From Alphaproteobacteria bacterium (GTDB lineage: Bacteria; Pseudomonadota; Alphaproteobacteria; UBA828), in assembly GCA_965220745.1 (NCBI GenBank), contig CBDCQT010000013.1, forward strand, positions 576,001-640,000: a stretch of DNA of 64,000 nucleotides, given 5' to 3'. How positions within the stretch are numbered: the first letter of the stretch is position 1; each line of letters begins with the position of its first letter. The notes below the pieces were generated by a model. The model did no database searches and had not been told where the DNA came from. It was given only the letters and a program-made list of their open reading frames with translations. Of the stretch, positions 29,567 through 39,669 are shown piece after piece. Position numbers and translations under genes: made by a program.

Positions 29567-29827
29567 CTACGCGCTCCCCTCCTCCGAAGACGCTGGATTG
29601 ACACCCAAGGCACGCTCCCGCGCCGCCGCAAGGGCAGCCTCCAGCGCCTCCTCGAAGTGACCGCCCACGATGGGTCCGTTGTGCCGGCGGTATCCACGCA
29701 GAATCCCCGCCTTCACCTCAGAAGTGATGTCGCGCGCGAGGTCCATCCGGTGTTCACAGACGTCGCAGACGAGCGCTGCATCGCCGACGACCGGTGTCCG
29801 CCACGCGTGCGGGTTGCATCGTTCCAT
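29567..29827 (-). CDS. Small hypothetical protein with C..H and CxxC (possible Zn ribbon)
   Basis: MERCNPHAW...CDVC; immediately upstream of the small membrane ORF. Confidence 0.45.
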   Translation of the reverse strand: MERCNPHAWRTPVVGDAALVCDVCEHRMDLARDITSEVKAGILRGYRRHNGPIVGGHFEEALEAALAAARERALGVNPASSEEGSA

Positions 29828-29945
29828 CGGAATGCCCGCCCCGCTCTCCGTCCCCCTTCTCGCTGCCGACAGCATACGCGTTCCGCCTGCGGTGGCGAAC
29901 GATCCGAACGGAGTCGTGGACGCCGGGATGGTGCTGGACGGCGCG

Positions 29946-31112
29946 TCAGCCCCGTCCGGCGCAAACGATGGTGCGGATGGCCTGTTCCGGGAACGCCGTC
30001 TTCCAGGCTTCGTCGAAGGCGGAGCGGTCGCCTTCCACGCCCGCCTCGATCACATGGGCGCTGACGGCCTTCATGTTCGGCGCGGACACGACCGGATAGC
30101 CCAGCGCCCTGATCTCGGCGACGCGGCGGCGCATGTAACGCTTGTTTCGGAAAACGCCGAGCGATATCCCGTTGGCCCGCGCACCTTCACGAAAGATCCA
30201 GATATCGCTGACGCCCCGGCTTAGAAGCTCGTCCGCCACTTCGGAAGCGGCCGCGCGGCTCGCAAGCGGCGGAATATACACGTGGTGGTTCTTGACCGCC
30301 TCGCGCTCCTCCTGGCGTACCTTGATTTCCGTCGCTCCGCGCGCGCGCATCCAGGCCGCCGCCTCGTAAGCAGCATCGGAATCCTTGAACCATTCCGCGC
30401 GAACGCATTCCGCGACCACAGCTTCGGTGGGCGACACTTCGGGCTCGTCAGGAACTTCGGGCTTCTCCGCCTCTGCGGTCCCTACTTTCGTTTCGGCCTG
30501 CGTCGTCGGAACTGCGGCAGGCTCTTCGTCCTGCGTTGTCTGAACTGCGGCAGGCTCTTCCGCCGTCGGCTCTGGGCCGGCGGCGGCCTGTTCGCTCCCC
30601 TCAGCCGCTGGAGAGCCCTCCACGCGAAGCTCATGGGCGCGCATGTAGGCCTTCTCCGCGAGCTGCAAATAGACGTCACCCAGATTGGCGTACACGACCG
30701 CGTCGGGTCTCAGCTCCAGTGCCGCGATGAGCGTCTCCCGCGCATCGTTCAACCGTCCGAGTTTGGCGTAGAGCACGGCAAGGTTGTTGTGCGCCTCGAA
30801 CATGGCGGGATGATCGTCTCGAAGGCTTTCGAATATGGCGATCGCCTCGGCGAAGTTTCCTTCGCGTGCATTCAGGATGCCTTGAATGAGCCGCACACCG
30901 GGCGCATTGGGCTCGCGCTCGACCAGCGGTTCGAGTGCTTCGTGCGCCTCCGCGTAGCGCTCCTGGGCGACCAGGGAGAGTGCGTCCGTGATCGGGTCAC
31001 CGGCGCGCGCATCGGCGCATGCCATCGCTGCCAGCACACCGCATGCGATCGCCGTCCGCCTGAGCCATGCCTTCGCTGGCACTTTTGGCTCGGCAAGTGC
31101 CGTGCTATCCAC
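29946..31112 (-). CDS. Secreted TPR protein with C-terminal SPOR-like domain
   Basis: Signal-like N-terminus; TPR motifs ([18 protein letters not shown]); acidic linker with an 11-aa tandem repeat; [13 protein letters not shown]. Confidence 0.8.
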   Translation of the reverse strand: MDSTALAEPKVPAKAWLRRTAIACGVLAAMACADARAGDPITDALSLVAQERYAEAHEALEPLVEREPNAPGVRLIQGILNAREGNFAEAIAIFESLRDDHPAMFEAHNNLAVLYAKLGRLNDARETLIAALELRPDAVVYANLGDVYLQLAEKAYMRAHELRVEGSPAAEGSEQAAAGPEPTAEEPAAVQTTQDEEPAAVPTTQAETKVGTAEAEKPEVPDEPEVSPTEAVVAECVRAEWFKDSDAAYEAAAWMRARGATEIKVRQEEREAVKNHHVYIPPLASRAAASEVADELLSRGVSDIWIFREGARANGISLGVFRNKRYMRRRVAEIRALGYPVVSAPNMKAVSAHVIEAGVEGDRSAFDEAWKTAFPEQAIRTIVCAGRG

Positions 31113-31206
31113 GACCGCGACCTTTTCGCTTCCCGTGCCGCTCTACGATAGGCGGCAACCGCATCGCAGTCCATCGCACGCTGAAGGTCGCGCCGAAGAC
31201 CGACTC

Positions 31207-32751
31207 ATGACCGAGCAAATCCTGATCCTCGACTTCGGCTCGCAGGTCACTCAGCTCATCGCCCGGCGGGTGCGCGAGGCCGGGGTCTACTGCGAGATCA
31301 GGCCCTTCACGACCCCGGCGGCGGAGATCGAGCGCCTGGCGCCCCAGGGCGTCATCCTCTCGGGCGGCCCGGCGTCGGTCACCAAGGCCGAGGCGCCGCG
31401 CCCCGACGAGGCGATCTACACGCTCGGCATCCCTCTGCTCGGCATCTGCTACGGCCAGCAGGCGATGTGCGCGGCGCTGGGCGGCGCCGTGGAATCCACC
31501 TCGCAGCGCGAATTCGGCCGGGCGCACCTCGACATTGTCGAGCCCTGCCTGCTCTTCGATGGCGTCTGGCAGGTGGGCGCGCGCGAGCAAGTCTGGATGA
31601 GCCACGGCGATGCAGTGGCGGCGATGCCGGAGGGCTTTCGCGTGGTGGCCCATACCGCCTCCGCCCCCTTCGCCGCCATCGCCGACGATGAGCGCCACTT
31701 CTACGGCATTCAGTTCCACCCCGAGGTGGTGCACACGCCCCACGGCGCTGCGCTGCTGCAAAACTTCGCGCGTCGGGTCGCGGGCTGCGACGGCACCTGG
31801 TCCATGGCCTCGTTCCGCGCCAGCGCCATCGAAGCGATTCGCGCTCAGGTGGGCGACGGACGGGTGATCTGCGGCCTATCGGGCGGGGTCGATTCCTCGG
31901 TGGTGGCGGTGCTCTTGCACGAGGCGATCGGGGACCAGCTCACTTGCGTGTTCGTCGACACCGGCCTCATGCGCCAGGGCGAGGCCGAGGAGGTCACCAG
32001 TCTCTTTCGCGGCAGCTACAACATCCCGCTTGTGCACGAGGACGCGCAGTCCGTGTTCCTGGAGCGGCTCGCGGGCGTTACCGAGCCCGAGGAGAAGCGC
32101 AAGATCATTGGCGCCACCTTCATCGACGTGTTCGAGGAGGCCGCGCGCAGCGCCGGCGATGCCGACTTCCTGGCCCAGGGAACGCTCTACCCGGACGTGA
32201 TCGAGTCGGTCTCCGTCAGCGGGCCGAGCGTCGTCATCAAGTCCCACCACAATGTCGGCGGGCTGCCTGAGCGGATGAAGCTCAGCCTGGTCGAGCCGCT
32301 GCGCTCGCTCTTCAAGGACGAGGTGCGTGCCCTCGGCCGCGCCCTCGGGATGCCGGAGGCGCTGACCGGGCGCCACCCCTTCCCCGGCCCCGGCCTCGCC
32401 ATCCGCATCCCCGGCGAGGTGACGGCCGAGAAGGTCGCGATCCTGCAGCAGGCGGACGCCATCTTCATCGAGGAAATCCGGAGCGCGGGTCTCTACGACG
32501 CGATCTGGCAGACCTTCGCGGTGCTGCTTCCGGTCCAGACGGTGGGCGTGATGGGCGACGCGCGCACCTACGAGCACGTTTGCGCGCTTCGCGCCGTCAC
32601 GTCGGCGGACGGTATGACCGCCGACTTCTACCACTTCGACATGGGCTTCCTCGGCGGTGTCGCGAACCGCATCGTCAACGAGGTGAAGGGTATCAACCGC
32701 GTGGTCTACGACGTGACCTCGAAACCGCCGGGAACGATCGAATGGGAGTGA
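31207..32751 (+). CDS. guaA: GMP synthase (glutamine-hydrolysing)
   Basis: [48 protein letters not shown]. Confidence 0.98.
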   Translation: MTEQILILDFGSQVTQLIARRVREAGVYCEIRPFTTPAAEIERLAPQGVILSGGPASVTKAEAPRPDEAIYTLGIPLLGICYGQQAMCAALGGAVESTSQREFGRAHLDIVEPCLLFDGVWQVGAREQVWMSHGDAVAAMPEGFRVVAHTASAPFAAIADDERHFYGIQFHPEVVHTPHGAALLQNFARRVAGCDGTWSMASFRASAIEAIRAQVGDGRVICGLSGGVDSSVVAVLLHEAIGDQLTCVFVDTGLMRQGEAEEVTSLFRGSYNIPLVHEDAQSVFLERLAGVTEPEEKRKIIGATFIDVFEEAARSAGDADFLAQGTLYPDVIESVSVSGPSVVIKSHHNVGGLPERMKLSLVEPLRSLFKDEVRALGRALGMPEALTGRHPFPGPGLAIRIPGEVTAEKVAILQQADAIFIEEIRSAGLYDAIWQTFAVLLPVQTVGVMGDARTYEHVCALRAVTSADGMTADFYHFDMGFLGGVANRIVNEVKGINRVVYDVTSKPPGTIEWE

Positions 32752-32759
32752 ACAGGCGA

Positions 32760-33452
32760 ATGCGCCGGCGCACACGCTGGGTGCTTGCGGCGATCGTCGC
32801 CGCGGCGCTCGCGCTTGGCACCGGACCCGCCGACGCCGATTGGGACACGGGCCAAGCCGCCTTCGAGCGGGGCGATATAGCCGCTGCGCTCGAGGCGTGG
32901 CAGCCGCTCGCCGAAGCGGGCGACGCGCGGGCGCAGGCGGCGATCGGCAGCCTCTACATCCACGGCCAGGGGGTCGCGGTCGACTATGCCAAGGCGTTGC
33001 GCTGGACCCGGCGCGCCGCCGAACAGGGCGACGTCACCGGGCAGTTCAACATGGGCACCATCTATGCCGGCGGCCTCGGTGTCGAGCGTGACTACGAGGT
33101 AGCGGCGGAGTGGTTCAGGCGCGCGGCCGAGCAGGACGATGCGGCCAGCCGCTTCAATCTCGGCGTGCTCTATGCGCGCGGCCTCGGCGTGCCGAAGGAC
33201 GACGAGGAAGCGATCTTCTTGCTCAGCACCGCGACGATCATCGCCGGCGACCCCGAGGCCAATCTGCAGGAGATTGGCGCTGCTGCCGAGAACTACGCCT
33301 ACGTCGTGATGATGACGATGGAAGAGCCAGAGCTGACTCGGGCGCTCAAGCGCACCCGCGCCTGGGAGAAGGAGTTCCTGCGCCGCTACCTGTCGCGCCG
33401 CATCAGTCCCGCCGAGCCCAGGAGCGGCCTCGATCCACTCCCCTACGAGTAA
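32760..33452 (+). CDS. Sel1-repeat (SLR) protein with signal peptide
   Basis: Three Sel1 repeats (AEQGD..QFNMG..Y..G.GV..D). Confidence 0.88.
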   Translation: MRRRTRWVLAAIVAAALALGTGPADADWDTGQAAFERGDIAAALEAWQPLAEAGDARAQAAIGSLYIHGQGVAVDYAKALRWTRRAAEQGDVTGQFNMGTIYAGGLGVERDYEVAAEWFRRAAEQDDAASRFNLGVLYARGLGVPKDDEEAIFLLSTATIIAGDPEANLQEIGAAAENYAYVVMMTMEEPELTRALKRTRAWEKEFLRRYLSRRISPAEPRSGLDPLPYE

Positions 33453-33470
33453 TCGGGCCCCGCACCGGCG

Positions 33471-34271
33471 TCAGACCAAGACGTACTCCAGGCGCTGCGA
33501 CTCCGGCAGCGTGAGCAGCCTGCGGATGTGGCCGGCGAGGCGCTCCGCCCAGGCCTCGACCGCCTCCGACGTGCGGATTTCGTCGTTGCGGATTTCGATG
33601 AGCAGCGACGGCAGCCCGCGCTTCTCGGCGTGAACGGGCAGCGTGTGGTCGGTGAGCACGCCGAAGTCGTAAGGCTCGTTGGCGCCGACGACGAGCCCCT
33701 CCGCCCTCAGCCACTCGATCAAGGGTGTCGACATGCGCTGGTCCTTGTCCCAGCAGATGCCGATCTCCCAGGGCCGCGGATCGCCGCCGACAAGCTGTGG
33801 GGTGAAGCTGTGGACCGCTACCAGAAGCGGCACCTGGCCAGCAGCGGCCATGCGGTCCAGCGCAGCGGTGATCGCGTCGTGATAGGGCTCGAAGATCTCG
33901 GCAATCCGCGCATCCACTGCCGCCTGATCGAGGTCCACGTTGCCGGGCACCGGCACCGTGTCGCTCACCGGCGGGATCCTGTCCGGCGCGCCCACGGGCC
34001 GGTTGCAGTCGATCACCAGGCGGGAGTAGCCGGCGAGGATCGCCTGCGCGTCGAGCAGCGCCGAAAGCCGCCGGGCCACGGCCCCTGCCCCGATATCCCA
34101 TCCGATGTGCTCGGTGCGCTCGGTCTCGCTCAGGCCGAGGTCGTCGAGCGCGGCGGGCACCCGACAGCTCGCGTGGTCGCAGACCAGCAACACGCGCGAC
34201 GTGCTCCCCTCGTTGAGGGTCTCGAAGGGCGGTGGGTCGTCGGGCCCGAGCAGTGTCGCAGACACAGGCAC
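33471..34271 (-). CDS. N-formylglutamate amidohydrolase family protein
   Basis: CDHAS, HIGWDIGA, SRLVIDCNR, PYH, HSFTP, NEPY, IEIRND. Confidence 0.92.
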   Translation of the reverse strand: MPVSATLLGPDDPPPFETLNEGSTSRVLLVCDHASCRVPAALDDLGLSETERTEHIGWDIGAGAVARRLSALLDAQAILAGYSRLVIDCNRPVGAPDRIPPVSDTVPVPGNVDLDQAAVDARIAEIFEPYHDAITAALDRMAAAGQVPLLVAVHSFTPQLVGGDPRPWEIGICWDKDQRMSTPLIEWLRAEGLVVGANEPYDFGVLTDHTLPVHAEKRGLPSLLIEIRNDEIRTSEAVEAWAERLAGHIRRLLTLPESQRLEYVLV

Positions 34272-34273
34272 GC

Positions 34274-35416
34274 CTAAATCTTATAGATGCGCTGGGCGTT
34301 CTCGACGCCGATCAACGACGCAATGCGTTCGGCCTCCGCAGCCGAGCACTCGTCGTCCTCCACCCAGCGCCCGAGCGCGCGGGCGAGCGCGGTGCGGAAG
34401 CGCAGTGCCCCCAAGTAGTAAAGCTCTGCGAGCCCGAACGCGTCGGTGCTGAAGAGCTGCTTGGTGAAGGGCACCAGCTCAAGCGCCTCGTCCATGATCC
34501 GCTGATAGCTCGGCCCCACCCAGTTCAGCGCGAAACCCACGTCGAAGTAGACGCACGGGAAGTTCTCGGACATCAGGCCCGCTTCGCGGTGGAACGGGTA
34601 GCAGTGCAGCAGCGTGATGGGGAAGCCCCAGGGCTCCACCGCCTTGATCCAGGGCGTGAGATGGCTTGGGTCCACGCGGTGCAGCTCGATGTCGGGATCG
34701 CCAATGCCGATGTGGAACTGGATCGGGAAGCCCCGCTCCCGCGCGATGTCAGCGCCGGTCCAGATCAGGTGCCGCTCCAGCACCGGGTCGGTGAGGCGCA
34801 CCGAGCCGGTCTCCTCGATCTCGGCGAGCCAGCGTCCCGCCGCCGCCTCGACCTCGGCGGGCGTCGGCTTCTCGTAGTCGATGCGCAGCGTCGCGCGGTA
34901 GGCGAGGATGGACTTTAGCCCGACTACCCCCTCGCCGAGGCAGCGCCGCAAGGCCGCCTCGAAGGCCTCCGCGAAGCCTGCGGCCGACACGCGGCCCTCC
35001 GCGACTCGCTCGGCGACCGATTCCATGCGCACGATCTCCCGCGCCGGCTGACCGGCGATCGCGCCCACCTCGGCGACACTGCAGAGCTCCTCCGGCCGGT
35101 TGCCGCTATCCACGATGTAGGTCCCGATCCCCGACGCGGCGAGGAAGCGTCGGTTCACCTCCGCCGCGCCGATCGCGCGCCGGCGCGCGGCATACGCCGC
35201 CGGCGTGCAGAACGGCTCCAGATCCAGCATCGGAGCGCACCAGCGCCGGACGCTGAGCGCCACCGGCTTGTCCCAGTGGTTCGTGCCGGGAGGCGCCGGC
35301 GCAAACGCCTCGCTCAGCGAATCCGCGAGCCGCTCGTCATCCAGGTCCACAGGGAACAGGCCGTGGCAGTGATGGTCGACCAGCGGCAGCGTGGCGGCGA
35401 TGTCGTCAATAGGCAT
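34274..35416 (-). CDS. Amidohydrolase family protein (FluG/NodGS N-terminal-like)
   Basis: VDHHCH, GLKSI.AYR, QFHIGIGD.D, LLHCYPF, FSTDA. Confidence 0.88.
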   Translation of the reverse strand: MPIDDIAATLPLVDHHCHGLFPVDLDDERLADSLSEAFAPAPPGTNHWDKPVALSVRRWCAPMLDLEPFCTPAAYAARRRAIGAAEVNRRFLAASGIGTYIVDSGNRPEELCSVAEVGAIAGQPAREIVRMESVAERVAEGRVSAAGFAEAFEAALRRCLGEGVVGLKSILAYRATLRIDYEKPTPAEVEAAAGRWLAEIEETGSVRLTDPVLERHLIWTGADIARERGFPIQFHIGIGDPDIELHRVDPSHLTPWIKAVEPWGFPITLLHCYPFHREAGLMSENFPCVYFDVGFALNWVGPSYQRIMDEALELVPFTKQLFSTDAFGLAELYYLGALRFRTALARALGRWVEDDECSAAEAERIASLIGVENAQRIYKI

Positions 35417-36719
35417 CGAGATAACTCCGAATCACTGTGTCGGGAGAGCGCTCGGTCACCGCCGCGAGCTCATGACGCTTGAGCGAAACATAGGCCTGCC
35501 AGAGGGGATCTGAAAACCAGCCGCGCACCGCCTCCTCTGCCTCCGCCGCCGCAAGCGCCTCCTCGAGCGAACGCGGCAGCCAGCGCACGTCGAGCGCCTC
35601 GCGCTCCTCATCGCTGAGATCGGACGGATCGCGCTTGACCAGCGGCGGTGTCGGCAGGCCCTCGCGCAGGCCTTCGAGCCCTGCCTGGACCAGCACGGCC
35701 AAAGTCACATGGGGCGACGCGGAGGCATCAGCGGGGCGAAACTCGAAGTTGTACTGGTCAGGGTCAACCCCGCCGGGCCCATGCCGGCCGGCGCAGATGC
35801 GGAGCGCCGCCTCCCGGTTGTCGGCGCCGAAGGCTGCGGCGGCGCCCGCCCAATGGCCCGGCGCAAGCCGGAGGTAGGAGACCGGCGAAGGCGCCGTAAA
35901 CGCGGTGAGCGCCGGCAGACGGCGCATGATCCCCGCGACGAAGCTGCCGGCCTGCGGCGCAACCCCTGCCGGCTGCGCGGGATCGTGCGAGACCGGCACA
36001 CCGTCAAGGTCCTGCAGGCTGAAGTGCACGTGAACGCCGTTGCCGAAGCCCTGCTCGGCGATCATGGGCGTGAAGGTCGCGCGGTAGCCCTCGCGCGTCG
36101 CCACTGCACGCACCAGCTCGCGCACCATGAGCGCCCGGTCGGCGGCGGCGAGGCCGAGCACAGGGCGACAGTTCACTTCGTACTGGCCGGGGCCGCCTTC
36201 CGGCTCGAAGGTCTCGGGCTCCAGGCCCGCCGCGCGCAACGCCGCCACCAGCACGGCGCCGAAACCCAATGCCTGCTCGTGGGCGATGATGCTGTAGTTG
36301 GGGCCAGGCCGCTCCAGCCCCTCCACCAGGTAGAACTCCTGCTCGAAGGCGGCCATGAGCCGGAGTCCGAACTCGCGTTCGAGGTCGTCCAGCGCCCGCC
36401 GCAGGAACTCCCTCAGGCATGCCTCCCACGGCCTGCCGTCGGGCGCGATGCCGTCGCAGATGTAGACGTGGAACGGCGGCTGCTCCGGCCAGAGATCGAC
36501 CCTGGCGTGGGCGTCGCGGTCGGCCACCAGCCAGACATCGCCGAGCGCGCCCCAGGGGCTCGGCGCAAGCGTGGAGAGCGGGCCGATCGCCTGCGCCACC
36601 GGTACCCAGCCGATGCCGGTCTCCAGACGCTTGTCGAGATCGGCCGCCGGGAAGCCCCGCCCGCGCATGAGGCCGGCCAGGTCGGGCCATCCGAAAAAGA
36701 CCAGCTCCTCGCCCCTCAT
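35406..36719 (-). CDS. Glutamine synthetase family (gamma-glutamylating) ligase
   Basis: FEQEFYL, E.GPGQYE, GNGVHVHFSL, SYLRL, NREAALR, EFRPAD. Confidence 0.9.
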   Translation of the reverse strand: MRGEELVFFGWPDLAGLMRGRGFPAADLDKRLETGIGWVPVAQAIGPLSTLAPSPWGALGDVWLVADRDAHARVDLWPEQPPFHVYICDGIAPDGRPWEACLREFLRRALDDLEREFGLRLMAAFEQEFYLVEGLERPGPNYSIIAHEQALGFGAVLVAALRAAGLEPETFEPEGGPGQYEVNCRPVLGLAAADRALMVRELVRAVATREGYRATFTPMIAEQGFGNGVHVHFSLQDLDGVPVSHDPAQPAGVAPQAGSFVAGIMRRLPALTAFTAPSPVSYLRLAPGHWAGAAAAFGADNREAALRICAGRHGPGGVDPDQYNFEFRPADASASPHVTLAVLVQAGLEGLREGLPTPPLVKRDPSDLSDEEREALDVRWLPRSLEEALAAAEAEEAVRGWFSDPLWQAYVSLKRHELAAVTERSPDTVIRSYLDAY

Positions 36720-36837
36720 CCGCGCCCTCGCCTTGCCGCGCCGCCACTCTAGCCCGGATTTCTCCCCTCAGTCGCGGCATGCGACTCGATCAGTGGCTCC
36801 AAGTGGGGTGTAATCTCACATGGAATCACTTATTTCA

Positions 36838-36879
36838 TTGCAAAACAAGGCGTTACGCCAAATTGGGTTCGTTTTGCAA
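36838..36879. promoter_or_regulatory. Inverted repeat TTGCAAAAC-N24-GTTTTGCAA, putative operator in AT-rich divergent promoter region
   Basis: Perfect 9-bp inverted repeat between the divergent GS-like and SDR genes. Confidence 0.45.
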
Positions 36880-37176
36880 ATTTCTATTATGCGGAGATCA
36901 TGACCCTCGCTGGACATCCGTGTGAGAAGCAAGCACCCGCTTTTCCTGCGTTCATGCACCGAACCCCCTTCGATCTTGCGTTCCATGACACGATGCTGGC
37001 GCGAGCTGCGATCGCCGTGCATCGCACCATGGTCCGGGTGGTTGAGCAGCCAGACAGAACGGCCTCGTCTCCCTTGCGACTGTATGACAGCGCATCGCGC
37101 TCTTGGAGCAAAGGTCGCAAGCGCCCGCCGAGCGCGCTTCGTGTTATCGTCCCGCCGCAACGGGCGGGAGGGGAGT

Positions 37177-37956
37177 ATGGCGATCACGTTACAGGGCAAG
37201 GCCGCGATCGTGACCGGCGCGGGCCGCGGCATCGGCAAGGGCATCGCGAGCGTGTTCGCGAATGAGGGCGCTAGGGTGCTGGTGGTGAACCGCAGCGCCG
37301 AGGCGGGCCAGGCCACCGCCGAGGAGATCGCAGCCGCCGGCGGCGAGGCCTCGTTCCTCCAGGCCGACGTCAGGCAGCGCGCCGACATGGAGCGGATGGC
37401 GGCGACTTGTATCGAGCGCTACGGCGCCATCGACGTCTTCTGCGCCAATGCCGGGGTCTTTCCCACCTCCCACATCGTGGACATGGACGACGAGACCTGG
37501 GACGACGTGATCGATACCAACCTCAAGGGCGTCTTCTACGGCGTCCGGTCCTGCATCCCCCAGATGAAGGCGCAGGGGCAGGGCCGCATCGTCGTCATTT
37601 CGTCGATTACCGGCCCCAACGTCGGCTGGCCGGGGCTCGCCCACTACATGGCGTCGAAGGGCGGCGTAAACGCCTTCGTCATGGGTGCTGCGCTGGAGCT
37701 CGCCAAGCACAACATTACGGTCAACGCGATCTCCCCAGGCTCGATCATGACGCCGGGCCTGGTCGAGTTGGGCGGGGACCAGGTGGAGGAAATCAGGTCT
37801 GTCATTCCGGCCGGGTACATCGGCGAGACCGAGGACATCGCCTACGCCGCCGTCTACCTCGCCAGCGACCAGGCGCGCTACATCACCGGTCAGGCGCTGG
37901 TGCTCGACGGCGGCCAGATTCTGCCGGAGAGCCCGGCGGCCCTCGCCGACGCTTGA
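37177..37956 (+). CDS. SDR family oxidoreductase (FabG-like)
   Basis: TGAGRGIG, NAG, HYMASK motifs; RBS GGGAG. Confidence 0.92.
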   Translation: MAITLQGKAAIVTGAGRGIGKGIASVFANEGARVLVVNRSAEAGQATAEEIAAAGGEASFLQADVRQRADMERMAATCIERYGAIDVFCANAGVFPTSHIVDMDDETWDDVIDTNLKGVFYGVRSCIPQMKAQGQGRIVVISSITGPNVGWPGLAHYMASKGGVNAFVMGAALELAKHNITVNAISPGSIMTPGLVELGGDQVEEIRSVIPAGYIGETEDIAYAAVYLASDQARYITGQALVLDGGQILPESPAALADA

Positions 37957-37999
37957 TGCGACCTCGCCGCACGCCCGACCGCGCTGCAAGCCGCCCCGA

Positions 38000-38028
38000 T
38001 TGACAAACGCCGCTCCGCCGTTATCGAT
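38000..38028 (+). promoter_or_regulatory. Putative sigma70 promoter of tRNA-Arg
   Basis: TTGACA at 38000 and TATCGAT about 16-17 nt downstream. Confidence 0.5.
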
Positions 38029-38037
38029 GGCACCGGA

Positions 38038-38114
38038 GCGCCCGTAGCTCAGCCGGATAGAGCACTTGATTCCTAATCAAGGGGTCGCAGGTTCGAGTCC
38101 TGCCGGGCGCGCCA
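38038..38114 (+). tRNA. tRNA-Arg(CCT)
   Basis: 77-nt cloverleaf; anticodon arm CTTGA-TTCCTAA-TCAAG; GGTTCGAGTCC T-arm; encoded CCA. Confidence 0.96.
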
Positions 38115-38234
38115 ACTAAATCAGCGACAGTTTATTCGGCCGGGCGCAATCGGGAGGCGGATTCTGCGAGCTAGGTCCTCGCCCGTCGCGGGTCCGCCTC
38201 ACCCCACTAGCCTGTCGCTCCGACGGGTGCGACA

Positions 38235-38681
38235 CTACCTCAAGAAGATCACGCCCCACTGGTTGTCGACCACATCGCCACCGCCGCTTACCGTGAAATT
38301 GGAGGTGATGATCCCGGTCGCGCCGTCGAAGATCCCGGCGCCGGAATCGACCTGCCAGCAGATCCCGCCGTGCGTCAGGTTCGAATCCGCACTCGGCCCC
38401 ATCGCCCCTGTTCCGCGCGTGCTAAAGGTGAAGCTGTTCCCTCCGCCGAAGTCGATCGTACCCGATTCCGTGAAGCTTCCGTCCTCGTTCGGGAAGACGT
38501 CCGATTCGAAGCTCACGCTGTTACCGGCGATGGCCTCGATGGTGGCGTCGACCGCGCTGTCGTCCACTGCCGTGGAAATTCTCGACGCTGACCCGCTCGT
38601 CGAGGCGCTCAAGACACCTTCCGCGCCCTCCTTGGGCCCCGCAGTTCCGCGAAACTGGATGACGTAACTGATCTGCTTCAT
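38235..38681 (-). CDS. Hypothetical all-beta protein (possible dirigent/allene oxide cyclase-like barrel)
   Basis: Gly/Ser/Thr-rich beta pattern; SGAGIFDGATG resembles the GGTGxFxGAxG motif; RBS AAAGG. Confidence 0.6.
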   Translation of the reverse strand: MKQISYVIQFRGTAGPKEGAEGVLSASTSGSASRISTAVDDSAVDATIEAIAGNSVSFESDVFPNEDGSFTESGTIDFGGGNSFTFSTRGTGAMGPSADSNLTHGGICWQVDSGAGIFDGATGIITSNFTVSGGGDVVDNQWGVIFLR

Positions 38682-38886
38682 GGTCTGGCCTTTCGTTCCT
38701 CGTCGGCTGCACGCCGATGCGACCGGCCTGCATGGGATGGTTCGGTCTGGATGTTAGTTGAAGGGTGTCAGCAAAACCATGTCCGCTGTTCAGCGCGGAA
38801 GTCGGACGCCGTTCGGTACTGTAGCCAATCAAGAAGGCTCGACTCTGGGGGGAGGGCAGAGTTCGTTGCTTAACCACAAGTGTAGG

Positions 38887-39669
38887 CTATTCCCGACGGA
38901 CGGGCACGCCTTCCAGCAAGCCGTTTCGATCCATGTCTTGCCAGGCGTCCATGAAGACCTCGTTCCACTGCGCGGTCATGGGATGGTCCATCATGTCGCG
39001 GTAGACCGTCCACATGGTGACGAGCTCGTCGGCGCCGTCGCGGAAGGCGGCATAGGCGGTCTCTACCGTGCGCACCAGGGCGGCCATGATGTAGGGGCGC
39101 TGCTCCCAGCCGCCGAACACCTGGGCGCACTCGCGGATCAGCTTCGTGGGATCACCTCCCGCCTCCTTGACCGGCTCGCAGAAGGGGAGGATGTGATCGA
39201 CGCCGGCCTGGGCCACGGCGACGGCCTGGGGCAAGGAGAAGACTGTGGTGCAGCAGGTCTCCACGCCCTCTTCCCGCAATGCGGCGAAGGCCTTCAGCGC
39301 GTTCACCGAGCACGGGATTTTCAGGACGATCTGGTCGGAGAGATCGGTGAACGTCTTGCCGACCTCCAGAAGCTCGTCGAGAGAATGTCCGTCGATCTCG
39401 ACGACGATGGGCTTGTCCGTGAGGTCAAGGTACTTCTTGATCACGTCGATCGCGCCGCCATGGGTCTTCGCGTACTGATTGTGCACGACCGTGTTCGTGA
39501 CGATCCCGGCGATGCCGAGGGGCATCCACTCCTTGAGGTCGTCAGGGTCGCCGGCGAGCCAGATGGCGGGGCCACGGCCACGGCGACGAGCGGCCGGAAC
39601 CGGGCCGATGTCCGACTCCTCGGCGATTGATGGAGCAAGGGGGACAGCGCTTACAGTCCTCATGATCAC
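38887..39669 (-). CDS. Transaldolase/fructose-6-phosphate aldolase family protein (divergent)
   Basis: GIVTN, VLKIP (Schiff-base Lys), TTVFS..QA, HPMT; exact start uncertain. Confidence 0.8.
   Translation of the reverse strand: MIMRTVSAVPLAPSIAEESDIGPVPAARRRGRGPAIWLAGDPDDLKEWMPLGIAGIVTNTVVHNQYAKTHGGAIDVIKKYLDLTDKPIVVEIDGHSLDELLEVGKTFTDLSDQIVLKIPCSVNALKAFAALREEGVETCCTTVFSLPQAVAVAQAGVDHILPFCEPVKEAGGDPTKLIRECAQVFGGWEQRPYIMAALVRTVETAYAAFRDGADELVTMWTVYRDMMDHPMTAQWNEVFMDAWQDMDRNGLLEGVPVRRE

Noticed and set aside
30495-30570. 33-bp tandem repeat
   Set aside because: Encodes the low-complexity linker EEPAAVxTTQ in the TPR-SPOR protein
32700-33500. Genomic island at the guaA 3' end
   Set aside because: guaA is a known integration hotspot, but here it is followed by a host-like Sel1 gene with no integrase or duplication
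36900-37170. Possible small ORF or pseudogene upstream of the SDR
   Set aside because: It has an RBS-like GGAGA but no recognisable similarity, and it runs out of frame into the SDR gene
38138-38165. Possible att remnants resembling the tRNA-Arg or tRNA-Pro 3' ends
   Set aside because: Matches are only about 9-10 bp in GC-rich DNA, and there is no integrase
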